Source: Candidatus Zixiibacteriota bacterium (GTDB lineage Bacteria; Zixibacteria; MSB-5A5; CAIYYT01). Taken from it: a DNA stretch of 21,784 bases. Below, piece by piece: positions 16,206 to 21,784 of the stretch. Every line of letters starts with the position of its first letter. The stretch's first letter is position 1. The notes under the pieces are model-generated. The model saw only the letters and a list, made by a program, of their open reading frames with translations. It was not told where the DNA came from and did no database searches. The position numbers were made by a program, and so were the translations under genes. The stretch covers positions 1 to 21,784 of the forward strand of contig JBECKX010000106.1 in the NCBI GenBank assembly GCA_040235515.1. Reading direction: 5' to 3'.

Positions 16206-19200
16206 ATGATATCATCACAGCGAGATGGAGCCTCTGCTGTGCCGACGGGGTCGAAGATACACGCTTTGGCGAAGGTATTCGCCGCAGTAATCTTGTGTGC
16301 CGCTTTCCTCCTCTCGGCCGCCGCGTGGAGTGCTGAAACCACGCCCGAATATGGGATTCGTGACAAGAGCCCGACAGTGATGGCGTTCACGAATGCGAAC
16401 ATCGTGGCATCCCCCGCAACCACTTATCAGAACGCGACCCTGTTGATCAGAGATGGCAAGGTAGCGGCCGTGGGTACCAATGTTACCATACCGCCGGAAG
16501 CAATCGTGGTCGACCTGAGTGGCAAGACAATCTACCCCGCGTTCATTGACCCATTCACCGACTACGGAATAGAAAAACAGCGTTCGGAGCCACGCCGCGG
16601 AAACGATACGCCGCAGTACGAAGGCCACCGCGAGGGCGCCAACGCCTGGAACGACGCGATCCACTCGGAGATCGACTGGGTATCACAATTCAAGCCCGAT
16701 TCCGATGAGGCCAGGAATCTCGCCAAGTTCGGGTACGGCACTGTGCAATCCTGCCGCCTCGACGGGATCTTCCGCGGACGTTCCTTTGTGGCGACGCTGG
16801 CGCCGAAACTTCCGAATGATGTCATCCTGCGCGCCTACTCGCTGCCTTTCATGTCATTTGACAAGGGCTCATCCCGGCAGCAATACCCCTCCTCTCTGAT
16901 GGGGAGTATCGCGCTGATCAGGCAGACTCTCTACGACCTCGACTGGTACCAGAAGGCGCGTGCCGCCTACGCTCAGAATCGTGACCAGGAGATGCCGGAA
17001 TTCAACCGCGCGATCGAGGCGCTTGCCGACATCAAATCCCGAACGATTATGTTCGATCCGGGAGACAAGCTCTCGATTCTCCGTGCCGATGCGATCGCTA
17101 AAGAGTTCGGGCTGACCAACCTCTATCTCGGCTCAAACTACGAGTATGCGATCCTCAACGACCTGAAAGCCACCGGCGCCGCCCTGGTCTTGCCGCTTGA
17201 TTTTCCCGACGCGCCCGATGTCAAATCGCCCGATGATGCCGTCGCTGTCTCGCTTGCGGAGATGCGTCACTGGGAGATGGCACCCTCGAACGCCAAGCTC
17301 CTCGCCGACGCAGGAGTAGAGTTCGCATTCACTACCAACGGGCTTGATCGCGACCGCGATTTCTTCACAGCGCTGCAGAAAGTCGTTATGCGCGGGTTGA
17401 CCAAGCAGCAGGCGCTCGCTGCCCTGACCACCATTCCCGCGCGGATGTGCGGCGTTCAGAATCTCGTCGGCACCCTTGAACCGGGCAAGCTCGCCAGCTT
17501 CGGTGTCTACGACGGCGATATCTTTGACAAGACCAGAAAACTTTATTCTGTCTGGGTCGCCGGGGATGAAATCAAGCTCGATGATCTACCGCAGTTCGAA
17601 CTTCGTGGAACTTACAACCTCACCTTGGGCAACGATACCTGGGAACTGAAGGTGTCAGGCTCGGCAGAACGACCGCGCGGTAACCTGCAGGTTGGAGATA
17701 AGCGCGCTCGTATCGAGAACCTGGAGATTGATGGAAAACTGGTTCGCTTCACTATCAAGCTGGATACCGAACCATACAACGGTGTCGTTCGCTTCTCTGG
17801 TGAATCGGATGCAGGCGCCCTCGCCGGAGTGGCAGCGTTGCCGGATGGCTCGGATATCCCCTGGCGCGCAGAATTGGTCACTCCCTACGAGGAGGGTACT
17901 GCTGAAAGTGACAGGGAGGAAGGCGACCGTGAGGAACGCGGTGACTCCCCCTGGCAGCAATCCAGCGAAGTAAAGAGTGACCTTCCGCTGGTCTCGCGCC
18001 TCACCTATCCGAATCGATCCTTCGGTCTTTCGGAGCAGCCGCCACAGGAGGCGGTGCTTATCCAGAATGCAACGATCTGGACTTCAGAGGATGATGGCAT
18101 CCTTGAGGAGACAGACTTGCTCATCCAGAAGGGTAAGTTTACTCAGATCGGCAAAGATCTACCGGTGCCCGCCGGGGTCCGCATCATCGATGGCACCGGG
18201 TTGCATGTGACTGCAGGAATCATCGACGAACACTCCCATATCGCGATTTCGAGAGGCGTGAATGAAGGCAGCCACGCGATCACTTCGGAAGTACGCATTG
18301 GTGATGTCGTCAATCCTGAAGACATCAGCATCTATCGTGTCCTTGCCGGTGGGGCAACGATGTCGCAACTGCTTCACGGTTCAGCGAATCCGATCGGTGG
18401 CCAGGCGCAGATGATCAAACACAAGTGGGGACTCAATGCTGAAGGACTCAAGTATAAGCTGACTCCACCCTCGATCAAGTTTGCACTCGGTGAGAACGTG
18501 AAACAGAGTAACTGGGGAGAAAACTACAACATCCGCTACCCACAGAGCCGCATGGGAGTAGAGACCATTATGAAGGATGGTTTCCAGACCGCGGAAGAAT
18601 ATGAGAAGGAGTGGAACGATTACAACGCACTGAGCAACTCGGCGAAGGCAAAGACTGTTCCGCCGCGGAAGGATCTGATGCTCGATGCGCTGCTTGACAT
18701 CATTCGTGGCCGCATGTTTATCCACTGCCACTCCTACGTGCAATCAGAAATCCTGATGCTGATGCGATTGGCTGAAGAGTTCGGGTTCACGGTACAGACG
18801 TTTACTCATATCCTCGGTGGCTACAAAGTCGCCGGCGAAATGCGTGAACATGGCGCCAGCGCAGGCTCTTTCTCTGATTGGTGGGCGTACAAGTTTGAAG
18901 TCTACGACGCCAATGCATACAGCCCGGCGCTGATGGCCGAGAAGGGCGTCGTCGTCGGGATCAACTCCGATGATTCCGAGATGGCGCGCCGCCTCAATCA
19001 GGAAGCCGGCAAGTCGGTGATGTATGGCGGGATGTCACAGGAAGAAGCGATTAAGATGGTAACGATCAATCCTGCGATTCAAATGAGGATTCAGGATTAT
19101 GTCGGCAGCATCAAAGTTGGAAAGGACGCCGACTTCGCTATCTGGGATGGCAATCCTCTCTCAACCTACACCAAATGCCTGCAGACCTGGATCGAAGGGC

Positions 19201-19391
19201 GAAACTATTTCAGCTGGGAGAAAGACAAAGCAGAGCGTGAGGCGATCGCCAGGGAGCGCAACGCCCTGATTCAGAAGATACTCCAATCTGACTCGCCGCG
19301 CCGCGAGTTTGGCTCGCGCCGTGGCTACGAGGAAGAGGAGAGAGAATATCATTGCGATGACAACATCGATGTCTGGAGGTCGTTGAAATGA
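16206..19391 (+). CDS. Exported double-domain amidohydrolase family protein
   Basis: Two amidohydrolase barrels (IYPAFID...GTLEPGKLA and GIIDEHSH...HCH...THI...NSDD...GSIKVGKDADF) joined by a beta-rich linker. AGGAG RBS before ATG 16206; signal peptide. Confidence 0.9.
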   Translation: MISSQRDGASAVPTGSKIHALAKVFAAVILCAAFLLSAAAWSAETTPEYGIRDKSPTVMAFTNANIVASPATTYQNATLLIRDGKVAAVGTNVTIPPEAIVVDLSGKTIYPAFIDPFTDYGIEKQRSEPRRGNDTPQYEGHREGANAWNDAIHSEIDWVSQFKPDSDEARNLAKFGYGTVQSCRLDGIFRGRSFVATLAPKLPNDVILRAYSLPFMSFDKGSSRQQYPSSLMGSIALIRQTLYDLDWYQKARAAYAQNRDQEMPEFNRAIEALADIKSRTIMFDPGDKLSILRADAIAKEFGLTNLYLGSNYEYAILNDLKATGAALVLPLDFPDAPDVKSPDDAVAVSLAEMRHWEMAPSNAKLLADAGVEFAFTTNGLDRDRDFFTALQKVVMRGLTKQQALAALTTIPARMCGVQNLVGTLEPGKLASFGVYDGDIFDKTRKLYSVWVAGDEIKLDDLPQFELRGTYNLTLGNDTWELKVSGSAERPRGNLQVGDKRARIENLEIDGKLVRFTIKLDTEPYNGVVRFSGESDAGALAGVAALPDGSDIPWRAELVTPYEEGTAESDREEGDREERGDSPWQQSSEVKSDLPLVSRLTYPNRSFGLSEQPPQEAVLIQNATIWTSEDDGILEETDLLIQKGKFTQIGKDLPVPAGVRIIDGTGLHVTAGIIDEHSHIAISRGVNEGSHAITSEVRIGDVVNPEDISIYRVLAGGATMSQLLHGSANPIGGQAQMIKHKWGLNAEGLKYKLTPPSIKFALGENVKQSNWGENYNIRYPQSRMGVETIMKDGFQTAEEYEKEWNDYNALSNSAKAKTVPPRKDLMLDALLDIIRGRMFIHCHSYVQSEILMLMRLAEEFGFTVQTFTHILGGYKVAGEMREHGASAGSFSDWWAYKFEVYDANAYSPALMAEKGVVVGINSDDSEMARRLNQEAGKSVMYGGMSQEEAIKMVTINPAIQMRIQDYVGSIKVGKDADFAIWDGNPLSTYTKCLQTWIEGRNYFSWEKDKAEREAIARERNALIQKILQSDSPRREFGSRRGYEEEEREYHCDDNIDVWRSLK

Positions 19392-20701
19392 AGAAGCTCT
19401 TCCTAATCATGCTCAGCATGCTCTGCGCGACTTGCGGAATCGTGGTTGCCCATGACTATGTACCGGGAGCACCGCAGCAGTATCCAGTTCTGTTGCGCGG
19501 CGGCGATCTCTACACAGTCGCCAATGGTGTGATGCCAGCCACGGACCTCCTGTTTGAAAACGGCAAGATCACCGCGATCGGCAAAAACCTGCCTTTGCCT
19601 GCAGGCGTGGACTCTGTTGTAGTGATCGATGTCTCCGGCAAACGGGTCTACCCGGGGCTGATCGATCCCGTCTCCACTCTCGGACTAATCGAAATCGGCG
19701 CCGTGCGCGCTACGCGCGACAATGCCGAAGTTGGTGCGCTCACTCCGGAAGTACAAACCCACATCGCCTATAATCCCGATTCCGAGATCATCCCGACAAT
19801 CCGCTCGAATGGAATCGTGGCATCCCTGATCGCGCCGCAGGGCGGGACGATAAGTGGCAGGTCATCTTTGCTCTACCTTGATGGCTGGACCAAAGAGGAT
19901 GCCATGATCTCCGAGAACCTCGGTTTGCACATCAACTGGCCGCGTGCCGGCATTCAGACCGGTTGGCGTGCGCGTTCAACTCCCGAAGAACAGCGCAAGC
20001 AAAACGCCGAGAATCGCCGCAAACTCGAGGACGCTTTCAAGACTGCTCGTTCCTACTGGCAGGCGCGCAATAATGGCACACAACAGGAAATCGATCTCCG
20101 CTGGGAGGCAATGATGCCCCTCTTCGATAAGGAGATGACCCTGTTCATCAATGCCGATGATCTGCGCCAGATCCGGGAAGCGATCAGTTTTGTTGTGGAG
20201 AATGATCTGCGTGCCGTGATCGTTGGTGCGCGAGAAGCCTGGCGCGTTGCGGATTTGCTCGCCAGGCATCATATACCGGTCATACTCTCACGCGTTCAAG
20301 AACGACCCTACCGTGCCGACGACGACACCGACATAAACTTCAAGCAACCGAAGCTGCTGCAGGATGCAGGTGTGAAGTTTGCGATCGGGTATGGCCAGGG
20401 GAACTGGCAGAACCGCTCATTGCCGTTCCAGGGTGCTCAAGCGGTGGCTTTCGGTTTGGACCGGGCCGATGCGTTGCGTGCGCTGACCCTTTCGACTGCC
20501 GAGATCATGGGCGTCGATGATCGCCTCGGCTCGTTGGAAGTGGGCAAGGAGGCTACGATAGTTGTCTCTGACGGTGACATCATGGATCCGATCACGCAAC
20601 AGGTTACGCGGATGTGGATTCGCGGTCGCGACGTAGATCTCGATAATAAGCAGAAGGAACTTTATCGCAAATATCGCGCGAAGGAGTTCCCGATCGAGTA
20701 G
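19388..20701 (+). CDS. Exported amidohydrolase family protein lacking the HxH metal motif
   Basis: VYPGLIDPVSTLGL and LGSLEVGKEAT; signal peptide; ATGA overlap with the upstream stop. Confidence 0.9.
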   Translation: MKKLFLIMLSMLCATCGIVVAHDYVPGAPQQYPVLLRGGDLYTVANGVMPATDLLFENGKITAIGKNLPLPAGVDSVVVIDVSGKRVYPGLIDPVSTLGLIEIGAVRATRDNAEVGALTPEVQTHIAYNPDSEIIPTIRSNGIVASLIAPQGGTISGRSSLLYLDGWTKEDAMISENLGLHINWPRAGIQTGWRARSTPEEQRKQNAENRRKLEDAFKTARSYWQARNNGTQQEIDLRWEAMMPLFDKEMTLFINADDLRQIREAISFVVENDLRAVIVGAREAWRVADLLARHHIPVILSRVQERPYRADDDTDINFKQPKLLQDAGVKFAIGYGQGNWQNRSLPFQGAQAVAFGLDRADALRALTLSTAEIMGVDDRLGSLEVGKEATIVVSDGDIMDPITQQVTRMWIRGRDVDLDNKQKELYRKYRAKEFPIE

Positions 20702-20717
20702 CGGCGCGCTGAGTCAA

Positions 20718-21127
20718 GTAGGTCAAGCCCCCTTGGGGATTGATATTGGGTGCCCCACCGCTCTGCGGTGGGGTGCAGCGTGCGGCGGGTAGGCTTGAAA
20801 GAACACACCCCGTCTCACGATAATGCCGCCGGCGGCATCAATCGTGATCCACCCCTCTCTTAGAGGGGAGTTCGGAATATCTCCAGCCCTCAGGATGATC
20901 GACTTACATGGCTCCCTCTCCCTCGTGAGGGAGAGGGCTGGGGTGAGGGTGCACTCATGGCCGACAATTCACAGGAATTTGGACGTGAATTCGCTATCCG
21001 CAGACGTCGAAATGCCAGCAAAATTCCCCTCTTGAGAGGGGTGGACTCAATTCGAGCTTGCGAGAATTGAGGACGGGGTGTGTATGCGCAGTCTAACGCC
21101 AACTACCCCACAGCAAGCTGCGGGGTA
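20718..21127. repeat. Cluster of REP-like palindromic elements between convergent genes
   Basis: Hairpins at 20753-20773, 20914-20937, 20966-20991 and 21104-21127, plus two inverted copies of a composite element at 20803-20869 and 21025-21083. Confidence 0.8.
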
Positions 21128-21237
21128 CCCAGCGCAACGAATCACCCTGCTTCAACTTTCATTGCGAGTGAGCGAGTCGGTCGGAACCACTGACGTTTCG
21201 ACACAGCCAGCTCGCCGATTAGATTCTTGGGACACCA

Positions 21238-21738
21238 TTACGGTTCCCATAGTTCTATCTTATTGCCTTCGGGATCAAGTATGTGCACGAACTTCCCATA
21301 GTCGTAGGTAACGATACTGTCGAGCACCGTAACCCCGTTACCCTTGAGTTTATCCACTAGCGCTTCGATGTTCTGAACGCGGTAGTTTATCATGAATTCT
21401 TTCTTCGAAGGGCTGAAGTAGTCACTCCCCTGTTTGAACGGACTCCAGATCAACTGAGTAACTTTGTCGGGGTTGTCCAGGTCTCGTGATTCGAAAGTTG
21501 AGCCGTAGTCATCAATCTTGAGCCCCAGGTTTTGTCCATACCATTCTTTTGTCTTCTGCGGATCGGTTGAAAAGAAGAAAATCCCGCCTACTCCCGTTAC
21601 CTTCGGGATGGTGTCATCCGGCGAACCGGCGTCAGTTGCTTCATTCTTGCTTTCTTGCATTACGTTGGTCCTTTGCGTAGTTGAAGTGCAACTCGTAAGA
21701 ATCATGACGAGCAGAACAATTGCCAGTCTTGAGTTCAT
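21238..21738 (-). CDS. VOC family (glyoxalase/bleomycin resistance-like) protein with lipoprotein-like N-terminus
   Basis: KVTGVGGIFF, FMINYRV and YGKFVHILDPEGNKIELWEP; N-terminal ILTS-C; AGGA RBS. Confidence 0.9.
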   Translation of the reverse strand: MNSRLAIVLLVMILTSCTSTTQRTNVMQESKNEATDAGSPDDTIPKVTGVGGIFFFSTDPQKTKEWYGQNLGLKIDDYGSTFESRDLDNPDKVTQLIWSPFKQGSDYFSPSKKEFMINYRVQNIEALVDKLKGNGVTVLDSIVTYDYGKFVHILDPEGNKIELWEP

Positions 21739-21784
21739 GCTATTCCTGTCTATCGCTAATGTTGAGCCGAAGTTCGGGCAAAAT

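Noticed and set aside
20702..21237. CRISPR array or small proteins in the palindrome-rich region
   Set aside because: No direct repeats with regular spacers; the small ORFs run through palindromes and lack motifs.

Overview
Bacterial DNA of moderately high GC with clear Shine-Dalgarno sites and a sigma70-type promoter, so probably not Bacteroidota; the host lineage cannot be fixed from sequence alone. The left 6 kb (minus strand) holds part of a Bacteroidota-type (subtype iii-like) type VI secretion locus: a degenerate Ser/Thr kinase, a ClpV/ClpB-like ATPase split into two genes, tssB, tssC and a further gene starting at the window edge. The rest is accessory: alpha/beta hydrolase, NTF2-like lipoprotein, AlkD-like and Atl alkylation-repair genes, GNAT, DinF-type MATE, thioredoxin-NHL lipoprotein, lipoprotein plus serpin, an amidohydrolase pair, a cluster of REP-like palindromes and a VOC protein. 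The most striking unexplained signal is a ~510-nt intergenic segment (8951-9457). By hand it folds into a nested multi-domain RNA with a 12-bp closing helix, long-range helices containing G-U pairs, repeated loop motifs and a possible loop-loop pseudoknot. It is a candidate large non-coding RNA that I cannot assign to a known class. All family calls are from motif recognition; no searches were run.
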